From positions 243,418 to 307,417 of the forward strand of contig JAQGDQ010000086.1 in the NCBI GenBank assembly GCA_030141605.1: a stretch of 64,000 nucleotides of DNA, written 5' to 3'. The notes under the pieces were generated by a model. That model had not been told where the DNA came from, searched no databases, and saw only the letters and a list, made by a program, of their open reading frames with translations. Position 1 is the first letter of the stretch. Every line of letters begins with the position of its first letter. Positions 48,408 through 63,248 of the stretch are shown piece after piece. This stretch comes from Tubiluchus corallicola. Its lineage: Eukaryota > Animalia > Priapulida. The position numbers and the translations under genes are program-made.

Positions 48408-51119
48408 TGAATAACTGACATTTTTTATGGTTATATTGACATGGAGCCAGTCCGGTTTTCTTAACTTTGCAATTTCTGTGGTTTATTGGCGTTTGGTGTG
48501 AGCGTGCTCAGTTGCTCATCTGGCAATGTGGTTACGTTTTGAATGTGACTAAAGCAATCTTTTCCAAAGTAAAAGTCGAAAACAGTGAAAATGTGGTTGT
48601 GATTCATATCAAGTGTGATAGGAATTTTTGATTAACTGGCGTTGAGAGCATATTTCATATTTTGCTAAACCATTTTTTCATGTGCTGTGGGCCTTCCACC
48701 TCAACTTTCTCAATGATGTTTTTTCATGAACTAGGTTTTGATATTACATTATCAAAGTCTCGTGTCACAGTACTGATTACGGTACAGCTTCTTTATAAGC
48801 TTTTCTTTTCTGGATAATTTTTTATTACATTAGTGTTTTAAGTTTTCCATTAAAACTACTGTGAAACTAACTTTATTGGAAAAATAGCTAAAATTTGGCT
48901 CTCATAAGATTAGACTCTATTTAAAATTTGTTGTCAAAGATTAACCAGGTATTTTTTCATTGGTTGGAAAAATTACTGTTAGTGCCTTACTGGCTTGAAT
49001 TTTTTAAGTAACTTTTTTCCAAAATTTGTACTGATGCTTTAAAATCTCAATTTTGAAAGTATATATTTTTGGAAGTTTAGAAGATTATGATATTTATTTA
49101 TTTTCTATTGAACGTAGTTTTGTTTTAGTGCTAGCTTAGTATGATGTATAGTTACTTGAGCGATATTATCTTTATTATTGGCGACTGGAGTTTGATCTCT
49201 GAGACTACACACTTTTGTTCAGATATAATAACAGACTGCCTTTACCTTCTATAAATGTGCTTAGTTGGAATCTAGTCTTAACATACTGGTCTGAAATGCG
49301 TAGTATTGGCATAAATATCGACGGTGATTTTTTTCGTTAGATGTGATTTTAACATGTACTATGTCAGCACTGCCCTGTTTGATTTTGTAATTGTGGGGAG
49401 AAATGGTTATGTTCTTTTCAATCTTCGTATTAAAATGCTTTTTTGTATTAGTGGAACACTGTAAACACAGAATTTTTCTTAAGTTGATTGTGGCATTTAA
49501 TTTGAATGTGTCTCAGTTTGGTGTCTTAAATCTGCAAACATGCATAAGATTATTGATATGTCATTTCCAAAGTCTTGAAAGATAAAAGCTACTACCATAA
49601 ATTTGAAAGATATTTGAAACAATGTCTATGATAATGCTTCCTTTAACATTTTGTACATATTCAATGAATTTATGTTGATGTGTTGCGTAGTTGGCTTACA
49701 TTGAATTTTTAATATGCGACAATAATATTTGCTGGTACTTCTTCCTCTGAAGTATCTGATTTATAAATATTGTTCCAGTTTGTTCAAATTTAAATTTACT
49801 TGTTCACATTGTGAGTATTATAAATTGTTGTACGGTATCACTTTTGGTAGTATCTCTCATGGTTTGTGGAGTAAAGCTTGTATTTAGCATGTTTTTTCAG
49901 AAGAACTAATAAATGTGTGAATGAAGGTTAAAAAACCTGCCTTTGCAGATTATACAACCATTATATTCTATACAACTGTAGTTGTTCTTGATTCATTAAA
50001 ATGATTAGAATATTAAGTAGCTGTCAATTTTCACTCACTTTGAAATATTGGCATTTTAGTGTTTACTGTAGTATACAGTTTTGTTTCTGAATTGATTTAG
50101 AAAAAGAAGTCATCACAGAGCTTGCACTGCTTAATTGGTGATAAATATTTGGCTTGGATTTTTTGCCCATAATTATTTTCGGTAAATAAGTATTAGTGAT
50201 ACCTAGCCTAAAAGTGAACTTAACGTCAAACTGCACTTTGTATAATGCATGCAGTATTTACAAGCTTGGTTAGAGGCCATGTTTGATACATTCCTACTAA
50301 ATTTGTTTTGGATTTCAGTTTAGGGAATGGCATGTCATTTAGCTCTAGCAATTTGTGGTTATAATAACATGATTATAATTATAGTCTCATTTGAAAAAAA
50401 AATCTTGGTTCGTTATAATAATTTATTTAATCATTTAGTGTTAACTACTTCTAGCAGTATTAACATAACGTCACGGTGACAAAAAATCTCACAGCAAACT
50501 GATTTTCAGGCTACATGCCTAACATTTATGGAGTTATCCTCGCTGTCCTGTAGTTATTACACTTATTTAAACTGCAAAATTAGCGTGTCAATGATAGGCG
50601 ATAATATCGAACAATTGATATAAATAAAAAGAGATGTTTTTGTAATTAAGTTCAATATTCGAATATATCCAATTTAGATTACATGTGTTGATGGTAAAAA
50701 AAATACGCATTTTTTTAATTAGGTTTAAGAATTTCTGTAGAATATTTCGTCAGGCAAATTTTAGCTAATCTGCAAGACTGCAACAGAGAATCCTACAGTT
50801 TACATGATGATTTTTCTTTCTCAGAGAGGGCGCAATTATTGCGATAGCTACCTACTATCTATGCATTATTTATTTTTTTTGCTACAGATGGCGCCAGACT
50901 AAAACTCCGTCACGCCTACAAGCCACGGTGCACGTTGTGCTTCAATGAATTTTTTATACGACGGCACATTCTACAGCATTATTCATGTTGTTTGTTGCCA
51001 GTTAATAGGTGCTTACTGTACTAGCGTTGAACCTAGATCTTGTAGCAGATTAAAGCTGAAAGAGGAAGACCTCGACGTTTTCTGATTCGCACAAGTAATT
51101 CCATACTAGGAAACTCGAC

Positions 51120-54100
51120 ATGTGTGGTGAGTTAGTTTCATGGTAAAATGGTTGCATTTGTCAGAACTCGTAATCATATTTGGAAACTAAACTGATTTGT
51201 ATTAATTATTCTTACAAGTTTCAAGTTTGTAATACAGATATTAGTCTTATTTCCGCAGACCCGGATTAAATGACACTATGTAATTATTGCTTATACGTTT
51301 GATAGGGCTAGTCAGATTGAGCCGATGTAGTTTTAGTAATTAGTTTTGCTTGACCGGTAAGTTTCTAGTTTAACCAAGACGTTATAAATGAGATTAAATG
51401 GAAAACTCGACTCAGAAATATTTCTTAAGATTACTTTGAATACTGATAAAGTTGCTTAGCAAGCTGCGTGCATCAGTTTGCCAGATGTTTTTTTATTCAA
51501 TGACATTTTCATTTGACATTTTTAGGTAATAAGCCAGTTCTTTCACACTTTGGCGAAATGCTTGAATGGTTTTAATTAATTATGCGAAGCATCTTTACTT
51601 ATTCTTAAACAGCTGTACCTCTCAAAAAGGAACACTTAATGTTTACATGGCTTCATTATGAAAAGTTGGGCCAATTTTCTAAGCTTGAACGGTTTCTGTT
51701 TTCTAAATACATTTGTTTACTTCATTACTATGTACAGCACATTTTATCTGTAATTTCTTTTTTTTAAATTCTCAATTCTTTAAAATTTGCGAAAACGTTA
51801 AGTCAAATTCTGCTAGTACTACCTTGTAAAAATAACAGGCAATTTGTGGAAACTTAGATGAGCAATGTTGGTAGTTTAGTAACTGCAGAGTGTTAACCCA
51901 GTTTCAGTAAATTTTATTTATGTATTACTTGTCCCACAAGTATGAGTAGTAGCAACACATTTGGTTAGGTAGATTGTGTAATTTCTTTAACGAGCCATTA
52001 GCCAATAGTCCCTGCAGTTGTCCAGATTGCTTGGGGTATTTATCATGTACAGCAGTTAGGCACCTTTCTGAGCACTCCTGGACATTTGTGAGTATTTATA
52101 GAAATTTTTAATTTTAGTTTCTGGGAATTTTTGTGGGAGTGGTCTCACTTTTCCTGTTTACTAATGACAAAACCAGGATGGGCGTAATACAAAAACTGTG
52201 TATCATTCAATGCACAATTGCAGATGCACCATGAGGTTTCGACATTTAAAGTTTGTGGCTCTGAATTTGACCCTAAAATGATGTAGGTAACATGACGTTA
52301 CCAATGCAGTTGTAGTTCATTCATATCATATGTATGCTCAATACAAGTTATTTGTGTCATGTGTATAATGTGATTGAATCTTTCAATCATGGAATTGAGT
52401 TTGCACTATGCCTTAATACAGTTTGAACTACACTGCTCAGTGATTCCTCGTTAATAGACCTCTAGTGGCGTATCAAGTAGATTTCCGAATCTGAAAAGTC
52501 AAGCATCTCTGTGCTAGCATAGTTGTCCGGAAAGCAGACACCCCGGGGTTCGAATCCCAGAGGAGTTGCAAAATTTTTCACTCTTTGTTTTGAACTTAGT
52601 ATTGCTTTGACCTCTATCAGATCTTTTATGCAAGCTATGTACATTAGAGATTGTTGACAGATGATCACACAGACACAGATGCAACCATAATAATCTGATT
52701 ACTAATCTATATAGCTGCCTTTACTAATCTATATAGTTGCCTTTTTCCTGGCAGTAATAATTATTGCATTCTGTATTTTATTATTATACATAATTGATGG
52801 GTAACTGATAGATTGTGGTACTTCTAGCATATCTATGATGAGTCTGGTGACCTAGCAAATGTTGAATTATTAACTGGATCCTAAGCTTATCTTTGGCAGT
52901 TACTAGCAAGGCCAAATTGTATTATATGCTCAAATATATAAGTGTCTTTTCTAGCAATATGTCACCTAGTTCATATTTGTGTAGAGAATCTTTTGTCTTC
53001 AATGAATTATATTTATACTGATACCCAGTTTGGTTCAATTCAACATTAAGTTGCATGTCACATTTTGCATACATGTCTTGCATGCAGACGTTGTAATGTC
53101 ACAATTTTTTATCTGAACATTTTTCTTTTGTCGACGTAAATAAAAGAAATCGCACAAAGTGATGATCGAGCCAAAATTTATAATTATACCAACATTTGCT
53201 ATTTCCATATATATCCAGAAGCACTTGTAATTTAGCTCGAAAAAGTCCCAAGTATTATTTGCAAAAGACAGCGTTAGCTAGTCTGCTCAGTGCTTTTGTA
53301 ATTACACTTGGTAAGAAACTTTCTAATGAAGAGCAGGCTTGTTGCACTTTTGCACTTGTTGACCTTACTTGAACATGTAACTGGTTATCCCGCCATGTTT
53401 TGCTGCAGTGTTTTTACCACTTAGTCACAAAAATTTACTGGCTTCTATGATGAATATCAAATCTACTGTAAAACCGTTATAATAAATGGGAAATGATCAG
53501 TTCTGTCATTTAGTGATATAATAAGTTTTTTTTAGAAAATTTCATTTTAACTAATTTTATTTATATTTGTTTTATCGCTGGTCTTGTAAACTGTCTACAA
53601 CAGTCTATGGCACTCAACTGGGATTGGAGATAATTTTGTAGTAACTTGAGCACCTTCTATATTCGTGGCATTTATTCATTCAAAGTGTGGTATGTTAGTT
53701 AACCCTACCGTTGGCTACTCTTTACAGGTATTTTCTGTGGCTGATAGTTGGTCTGCTGTACCAGCTTCTGTGAATAATTAACTTTGAATGAAACGGTAGG
53801 CCATTGTGTACAGAACTGCAACTGATTCTTTGGTGATTAAGCATGATGGCTGTGTAAACCACTTTTTTAAGTGGCAAATTTTATTGTAATGCTTGACAGT
53901 TTTTGCATTCAGCTTTTGCTTGATATAAAATTATGTGAATAAATCAAGAAAAATTTTTACGGAAAAATAATTTCACATTATTATTATTATTAAAGAAGTT
54001 ATATTTATATTATTCGCTTAATAATTATGGCATTAACGACTTGATTAAATACTGTAATTGTAATGTTAAATTCTTGACTCCTAAATGACATTCCAATTCC

Positions 54101-57100
54101 AAACTCAGAGACTTTTTACTTAATGGCCAACGTGGGCCAACTTTTGCTCTTTCATCTTCCCAATAAAACAAGCCGTTGTTTAAGGACATTACAGTTTAAT
54201 TAGTTTGTAAAGATACTTATGACTATTTAACAGTACTATTGATTAGTTGCGTTTTAAGACGGCATTACAGTGTATCATCTCAGTTTATACAGCAGCAAAA
54301 ACACTACCTATTTGAGGCATTATACTTTTATAAAGCATTTTTATTTGTTATATGATAAAGCCTAAAGTGAACAGTCAGTAAAGCAATGAATATTGACTAA
54401 TTTCTACGGCGGAATCTTTTGGCCGTCTTAATGTTTCTTTGTGCACACTAACTGAAATATAAGAACATTTTGATCGTAGCTTAGCTACGGATTACCATAT
54501 AAGCGAGTTGATATTTTGTACCGTTGAACTGAGATTATTGAAATTAAAGGTGTGGTATTAGAAGTAAATAAATCATAGAGTTTTTGATGGAGTTGGCATA
54601 ATATATATAGGGGTAGTCCATCTATATCTCATGGAGTTTTTGATATAAATAGACATTATAATTTATGGAGTACCAAAACACACTTATTCTGGATACAAGT
54701 TTATCAGTGACACATTGATGATATATTGACTAGAATCTGCCAAACTTTTAGTGTATTATAAATCTTCTCATTACTGAACTGTTTACTAACATGTTTACTA
54801 AACATGATTATAAACTGTTGATAATGAGTGTGCTGGCACAGACAGCAAAGGCCAGTAGTAGTTAGCCAAAAGTACTAACCTACATTCTTGTTTAATTTCA
54901 TTGTGTGATAGACAAGTGTCTTTGGTAGGCCTATGTATATATAAGCAATAAAAATGTTCAACAAGCACATCATGCTATTTAGAGAAATTAGAGGCTGCCA
55001 CTGAGAATTAGAATTTTAAATAGCATTTGGTATTTTGACCTAGCATGGTCAGAAGCATGGTGACTTGAGTAAATAGATAAAAGCAAAAAAAGTTTATAAC
55101 ATAGAAGAATACCATCTGTAAGGTAGACATACATGTTCAGCTTAAAATGAAAAAAAAGAAAACAAACATTTGTTGATATTTGTTAGTAATAAATTACTGT
55201 TATAAAAGAAATAAGCATTTACGGAAAATGAAAGGCCAATCTCTTTGCCCATTTGACATCTTGAAAAACGTGTGTGTATAAACTGAATGAAATTTGTGGG
55301 AGCGTGGGTTTTGTCTTCATTTTTTCCAATTGACTGTACATGTGCATGTATTTCTAAACATTATACTTGTAGTCTTGGTCTGTATATAGACGTATTTATA
55401 ACTGTATTGTCTTCATTTTTTCCAATTGACTGTACATGTGCATGTATTTCTAAACATTACACTTGTAGCCTTGGTTTTGTATAGACGTATTTATAACTGT
55501 ATTGTCTTCATTTTTCCCAAGTGTCTGCCCATGTACATCTATTTCTAAACATTGCACTTGTAGCCTTGGTTTGTATAGACGTATTTGTGACTGTATTGCC
55601 TTCATTTTTCCCAAGTGTCTGCCCATGTGCATCCATTTCTAAATATTATACATGTAGCCTTGGTTTGTATAGACACGTATTTATAATTGTATGACAAGTT
55701 TATGACACCCTTTTGACAGTTATCTGAAGTTTTTAGTATTTCCAATGAACTTACCACATCATAAAAGCAGTGAGTATGATTTTCAGGAACTAGTACCTGT
55801 AATAATCCTGTTAATAATAATGCTTTGAGCCGTAAGTTCAACTTCATTGTTTTTATTCCAGGAATTTTTGCTTACCTCAATTACTTGGTACCAAAGACTC
55901 GCAAAGAGATCCTTGACGTGCTGATCGCTGGCTTGAAACGACTTGAGTACAGAGGATATGACTCTGCAGGTGTGTCTGATTTGTCATTCGGTTTTCTTTT
56001 ACTCCCCTCTCTCTCTCCCTCTCTCCCGCTCCCTCTCCTTTTTCTTTTTTACACGTTTTATTTGTTGTGCCTATCTTTTATTGAAAACTTCCCTTTTACT
56101 AAAATATCCTCACGTAAGATTAACGTTATGAGTCATATGTCATGACTATTATCAGCAACTTCAGTTCCTTGTTGTCTTTATGCTATTTACTTTGTCATTT
56201 TTACCAAGTCTTATCAGTTTGCGCAAGATTATTATAGCTGTGAGTAGTAATAGCTTTTTCGTTTGCTTTTATCTATTTAACATTAGAGCAAATCTACTTG
56301 GCCTAGTGAGTAATTACCATAATAAGCAACTAATTCCATTAGTTGCCTGACTGAGTTTATGTAATTAAATAGTTTTAGTATTTTTGCCATGGCACTTTCA
56401 TTTTCAGGAGTTAGTACTACAGTTATTTAGATGCACGATCTTCGTTGTGATCAATTTTAGTTTGGTCGTAATCAAATAATTATGTTGGAAATGCGTTGAA
56501 TATTTTCGCACTTTGGCCTAGGGGTCAATGAAAATGCAGACAAAATGTTGTGGCCAAATTGTTTGGGGTCCAAATACTTGAGACTCGAGTGTCTGGCACT
56601 TGGTTGGGTCTAAGTATCCACCGAGGAGCCAAATGTCGGGACCCAAGTATCCAGGACACAAATATCAGAGGCCTAACTGTCTGGGCACAAGTATCTGTGC
56701 AGCCATGACAGACTGTCTGTTTTTCTTACTAACTGTGCCATTTTCGACTACGTGTTATGGCTGTAAACTGTTTGTATTAAGGTTGCTTTCTAAAGATGTC
56801 ACTGTTTTGTGTGGACTTTGTTGAAACAACAGAGGAACAGGGGAATTTCCCAGTGTGATTTTTGGTCTGTTTTAGCCTAGCACACATAGTAGTGTACTCC
56901 AGACATTTTTAATCTTTTATTTGATTAACGCACGTTTCTTATCATATCAACTTGTAGCTAGTAAATTACCAATGAAGCTAGTAAATTACCTATCATTATT
57001 TCACTGACATAAAATAGTGGTGACGCTTATCTCGTGTTTAGTTAGTTTGTAGTGTCAGAGTGGTGTACGTGATATATGTAAACGAACTACAGATTTAATT

Positions 57101-60100
57101 AGTAAAAGCCACCATTGTAAAGCTACTGAAGTTGTGTGGTCAGTCAAGATGAAAAATGATTCAAATGAGTCTACTCCTAGTCAGAATACGGGTATTATAC
57201 GCTATTAAGCATTTCCAATTGTTGTTTTCACTTTTCGGCGGACTTGTGTACTCTTGTGCTTATGAACTGAATTAAGTTTTTATTTTACCAGAAAAAATAT
57301 TTATTGTGTTTGTTACTAAATAAATTTTTTTTCAGTGCTGGAACTTATTTTGTTTTCAGTAGTTGATAGATCTAGAGAGCCTACTGGTAGTGCTCAATAC
57401 ATTTGTTAGTTTATATTACTTGAAAATTTTAACTAAAATATTGTTAGAAAACTTAGACAGCAAAGTTCAAAAAAGATAATTCGCAACCATTTTCGTTTTT
57501 TTTTTTGTAAAATCTAGTAGTACTCCTCTTGTAATAATTTTGTCATTTCTTGTGAGTGGAGAATTGCATTTACTTTGCAGATAATGTGTTATTTATTGTT
57601 TGCTAGAAACGAATTTGCTTTCTGATTTATTGCAACATTAAATAGACATCTAATTTAACTTATTTTATTCATTTTCGCCCCTGAACATGCCTTGCCATGT
57701 AAAATCTAATATCTGAGCTGTTTTTATAGTTATTGTAACCTGGTGCTTCTCTATTACCTTGTTATTGTGCAGTTCATCCACGTGTGTGTAATATGCTCCT
57801 CTGTAGCTAGGTTGTACATGGCGTCCTGGTTCACTAGCTCGTATACCGCAAGTTATTTCTCTGCTCATTGAAATGGTTGATAATTATAAGTGTATGTGGG
57901 TCAAGCTGTCTCACTGGTTGAACGAGAAATGTTTACTTGCCGCTGACGATTGCGTGTGTTATGAAAACTCTTATTATCACTAAAAGGCAAACAAGGGCGC
58001 ATCTTATGAAATTAAGCCTAAGATTAAAAATTGCTAACCAACGCTTAATTCAGACGGTATATAGTTTAGTGGTGGCGCGTACAGTTCCGTCTGGGTAGGT
58101 AGTTAATTCGATACTGCGGCCGGGTCATACCAAAGGCTTTAAAAATGGTACCTGCTGTTGCCCTGCCTGGCGCCTGGTATTTAGGGTGAAAGTGGGGTGA
58201 TAATAATCTCTGTTATGTAGATGTAGCTTGTTATTTACAGTCGGCGATAAAAGCCTCACTGCAGGCTTGTGTTGTCTGTTGAACGCCGACTTTAAATAAA
58301 GGTTATTATTATTATTATTTATTTATCGAGTAAAATTAAAAATAAGCATTTTTGTTTTATATCTCAACAATATGAACAGCACACGCGTAAATGGATTATC
58401 TAGATTATAATAACAGGATCTGGAACATCTGTTCCAACGCCTGTGATGTATTTAAGTTGCAGATGTACATAAGCATTAATTGATGCTTCATTCATAAGCA
58501 TAGAACTTACTATTGATCTATGTATCTGGTTTAAAAATTCAACAGGTGATCGTTTATTTTTATACAAGTTTATCATTGCATCTTAAATAATGTGAGCAAG
58601 CGGTTTGAACTACTTGTGAAGAATGTCCTGTTAAATGATAAGGTATACTGATGGAAGTATTTAATATATAGTAGTGTATGCTCAGACTTCTGTCATGGCC
58701 GTCATCATAGTCATAGCTGTTACTCATGAAGTGATGCAATATGTTACTGGAATTGTGTGCTGGAATTTACAATGAATACTCATGTCGTTATATTTTAGAA
58801 ATCGATGACTTGTTTGTTTTTGAATAACAGAGACTGTGTAGATATTTGTAATCGTTATTTAACTGCAAAAAATTAACTTTTGCTTCTGCTTTAACAGAGA
58901 TTTTTTGTATTATACATTTGTAAATATAAAGCAGTGCAAATAAGGAACTAACAGATGTATTAGCTTTATTATAAAAAACTATTTTACTACTTTATGTTGT
59001 AAAGATAAGAAAGTTAACTATTATGGTCAGAAACAGTTTTTTAATTTTACCTTGTACAAATGAGAAAATATTAGTCAGCTGGATCTTGCTCTCACTATTT
59101 TTTCTACGAAAGCTATCATTTGACTGCCTTGGTAGCTACTGAAATACACTGTTTGTATATTTGTTCATGTTGGTGGCCGGAGTTGGCTTAACTAAGAAAT
59201 TACAGCAAAACTGTGAATTTGTAAATCACAAAAAGAAACTCATTGTGAATGTAAAACAATCTTCTAGCAAAGCAGTGAAAGTTTTTGGTTTGTGTTTGCA
59301 GGCGTTGGCATAGAAGGTACTAACGAGTTTGGTGACACACCTATTATTACCTTGATTAAGAAGCGGGGCAAGGTCCGTATGCTAGATGAGGAAATACATA
59401 GTAAGTAAAAACCATTCACTAATGAAAGTATAATCAAAGAAAAGAGAGGAGGTATTTTAGTTAATAACAGCAAAAGAAGAGTATAATTACTATGCCAAAT
59501 ACTCGAATAATACAATAGATACAATCTGCGAATGTTAGGTAAAAAAATCTCAAAGCTTGACTACATATGCTATTAATCGCATGGATGTGCTTGATGCCAT
59601 GCTTGGCTTCCAATTTAAAATGCTAGCTAAAACTTGATCGTATGTGGTAGGAATTTTTAATCTGTCACACTGTTAGTTTACCAATATTTTAGGTTTATAT
59701 ACGTCTTGCGGAATTACTCCTGCTCCAGAAGCAGAAAGAAACACTTTTTTCCTCTAAGCTGTGGATGACAGATATATTTCTGTATTTAATTATTTATTTT
59801 TTTGCTTACAATACAGTTTGTTCACTGACTGTCAGATGTAGGTGTTCTGCAATTTGCATGGCATGTTATAACTTTACATCATAACTCACTGTTTTAGCTA
59901 CTGAGAGAATGACACTTTGTGCCTGTGAAGAACCATAAAAAGGGTTACAGTTTTGGTGATAAACAAAAAAAGTTTACAGCATTCAAAAGAGTTTTTTTGT
60001 AACTTAGTAAACATTTATTCTAATGCAGTTTTTATCTGATTCACATATGATGTCTTGTTCATCGGATTCAGTAAATCATCTATTTACATTTTTAATGTCA

Positions 60101-63100
60101 TGAACGTTTAATAAATTCGTTAACTTTTCAAATTGATTACAAAAACAAAAGCGATTACCGATTAGTGACCTGTACAATAAAAAAGGTGTGCCACATAGAG
60201 TATAAAAGGTGTTTATATGCTTACTTATTTATCTTTGCCTGTTACACACAGTTTGGATAAGCTCATTTGTTTACTGATACCAAAATAATTTCCCCACTTT
60301 TTATAGTTGACTGTGGTTTTGTTTTCGCTTATTAGAAACTGATAAGTTGGACTTTGATCGCGAGTTTGACATTCACTGCGGCATTTCACATACACGATGG
60401 GCAACTCATGGAGAGCCAAACTGGGTGAATTCCCACCCGCAAAGGAGTGGAAAAGACAATGGTGTGTTATATATTTGCTTGGTTAATATTCTCATGTTCA
60501 GTTTATTATTTAATAAATATGTTGTTAAACTTATTAATGCTCTTTTAAATACCATTCATCAGAAATTGTCTTCAAAGGAATTGCTATTAAATTCCCACCA
60601 GAGAGAAGCATTTCACCATTATTTTTACTCCTTTGTTCTTGAGTGACCTTCAGTCTTCGGTCAATTGACAATTAAATTTCCTGTTTTTGCTGCTGTTGAT
60701 ATAATGTGCTGGAAGCCATATATGTAGTTTATTTTGTCTACCAAAAGCAGTTTAAATTTCTAGCCCTTCACTGTCCTGTAGTCCCAAACATTTCTGCATT
60801 AAATTTTGTGTGTGAAAGAGAAAGCATTAAGGTGAGGGAACTGGCAGAGGCTTTCTGAGTTTTAAGACAAACATGCAAAAATAAACCTGTAGTTATGGAA
60901 ATAATCACAGTAGACAGATTTAATTAGCACCTGTATGTATTTAGACTTCTTTGGGTGTACATTTCTCTCTCAGACTTTTTTGTAAACTTGTAGAACTGCT
61001 TTCTCCAGATTAGAATATGCCAAATGAAGTAATTTTCATTTTCTTTGAATTTTTAAAAAATATGTTTAAAAAACTTTTTACTGGTGAAGATCGTACCTGT
61101 TTTTCCCAAAAAAATAGTTTTTGAAAACTAGTGCTTACTTGTCACTTGTCTTTCCAGCTTTCATTGTCGTACATAATGGCATCATCACGAATTACAAGGA
61201 CATCAAGAAATTCCTGGTTTGTACTGAAATTTTTGTTAGCTGTCAATTCGTAAGGTCGTAGTAGCTTATATCGTTCTTAGTTTTTTTAAAGTTAATGGTG
61301 AATAATCACCGGTTGCAAAAGTATTTGTGTTTTGAAGATGTTGCACATTTACACAATTAGAGCAGCTAGTTTAGGTTTGATATGTAATTTGCGAAATACG
61401 TGATGTACATCATTTGAAGATAATTCGGGCAAGTTGATATTGTGTTTTAGTGTCTTTTAGCAATAAGAACTGCTATTATAATTACAGAAAAACAATTGCG
61501 TCACTATTTACCATCTCGATAAATTACATGTGCGCTTATTTAAGATCCTGTACATTATAAGATATGTATGAAAAGGCTCCGTGATGCTGTGTAAATTTGT
61601 CCCCATATTGCATTGACTTGTTTTATTGTGTAGCAAATGAAAGGCTACGAATTCGAGTCAGAAACTGACACAGAAACTATTGCTAAGCTAATGCATCACA
61701 TGTTCAAAGAGCATCCGAAGTACGACTTCCGTCAACTCTGCGAAAAGGTGGTACAGGAGCTGGTAAGTCCTTTACTTACAGTTTCAAATATGTAATAAAA
61801 AATCACGTATCATGAATCGAGAAATACAGGAATAAGTATGTGAGATATGCACTGATATATCATATAAACAATTTTGTAACAGTGGTTATGAAATGAAATG
61901 AACTTTTGCCTTATTTATACTCCATTCTCCAATGTTAACTGCATTTACACGAATGTCGTTCAGTGATGCATTATTGATTTTTTCAGGAAGGCGCATTTGC
62001 TCTGTGCTTCATCAGCAGTTATTTTCCCGGAGAGATGGTTTCAACCAGGTAAAAGCTTTGTGATATGCCTCTTCTAAAAAATTTATGCTACTGTTGCTAA
62101 TTTTGTACAGAATGTTTTCTGATTTTTGTTTTTCATTTTCAAAGCACCCTTGTCTATTGTAGTTTTGGTCAGGGATGTTACCGAAACTGAATTCATAAAG
62201 TGAAACCGAAACCGATATCTATGGGGTATAGGAAACCGATGTCGAAACATTTTTGCAAAATCACCTACTATTTAAACTGAAAAAAGAAAATTCTAAAATA
62301 AGTAAAAATTTTGTTTTTTCGTTTGATTTTGTTTGCTGTGGTGCGAAATTACTCATAGAAAATTCTAATACAAAATGGACAAGGAAGTTTTATAGTATAG
62401 AACCTCAAGTTTAATGGAGTGGCTTACCTTAGAAAATGTGTTAATAATGTTTTTGGATTTAAGAATCCTTAATGATTAATGTTTAAAGATCATACAGCAT
62501 AATTAAAAATGAACAAATTTTATTGTAGATATTTTGTTGCCTAGATTTCAAACGTGGTTTAATATTTCGGCTGATTGGCTTAATAGACCCTAGAACTTCA
62601 CAGTCGTCAGTACTGAAGATACGCCGCATTGCCGGTAAAAGCATGTCACAAACTGTTATGTAAACAAAATTTTCGCTTCACTTGAACTAATTTTAGCCAA
62701 TAATTTCAGCAGTTTTTGCCATCTAGGTAAAAGGTAAATTAGATAAATAATGCTCACTTAAGTGAAACTTCGTAAAAATCCTACAGAAAATTATCCAAAA
62801 TTTCCTCTACAAATTTAATAAATTCTGCCAAAACCGAAACGAAAATTTCATTTCGGTAACAGCCCTGGTCTTGGTTAATAATGCTCTTTCTGAGTAAATA
62901 CTTGACATTGTAGTGTGATATACTTTTTAGGAGAGGCAGTCCACTTTTAGTGGGCATCAAGAGTAAGACGAAACTGACCACTGACCACATTCCTGTTATG
63001 TACAGCAAAGGTAAGTTATCAAATTTAACCGGAACGAGCCTTTGCTTAACTGACATCTGCTTTTTTTATTAGTAATAACTGCATGAGTTGCCTAGTTTAG

Positions 63101-63248
63101 TAACTGTAATCACTGACTTAGTGAATTTTATATGTTGTTACTTGTGCAATGTAAAATAAGTATCTTTAATAGTCTATGCTGCCATTAATGTGCTATAAAA
63201 TTGTTTCTTTTTTATGTCGATTGCTGTTCACAGAGAGAAGTAGATCAG
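51120..63248 (+). CDS. GFPT: Glutamine:fructose-6-phosphate amidotransferase, 5' part (continues beyond the window)
   Basis: Exons 51120-51126 (ATGTGTG), 55862-55969, 59302-59400, 60336-60461, 61158-61216, 61634-61762, 61987-62048, 62931-63010 and a candidate 63234-63248. Motifs [74 protein letters not shown]. Confidence 0.96.
52460..52620 (+). mobile_element. tRNA-derived SINE-like fragment
   Basis: Strong B-box ggttcgaatccc at about 52547 after gctagcatagttgtccggaaagc. No complete cloverleaf. Confidence 0.5.
55310..55692. repeat. About 95-bp tandem repeat, 4 copies, in GFPT intron 1
   Basis: ttg(t/c)cttcatttt recurs at about 55311, 55407, 55502 and 55596. Confidence 0.95.
58050..58325 (+). 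mobile_element. Full-length-looking tRNA-derived SINE with conserved central domain and (TTA)n tail
   Basis: A-box tagtttagtgg, B-box-like ttcgatact, central gggtcataccaaaggctttaaaaatggtacctgctg (resembles the MetaSINE core from memory, unverified), then aataaa and ttattattatt. Confidence 0.65.
62170..62867. mobile_element. hAT-type MITE (698 bp) in a GFPT intron
   Basis: TIRs cagggatgttaccgaaa / tttcggtaacagccctg, 8-bp TSD gttttggt / gtcttggt (7 of 8 match) and subterminal accgaaac repeats. Confidence 0.88.

Noticed and set aside
52500-52570. tRNA gene
   Set aside because: B-box present but no acceptor stem or complete cloverleaf. Treated as a SINE fragment.
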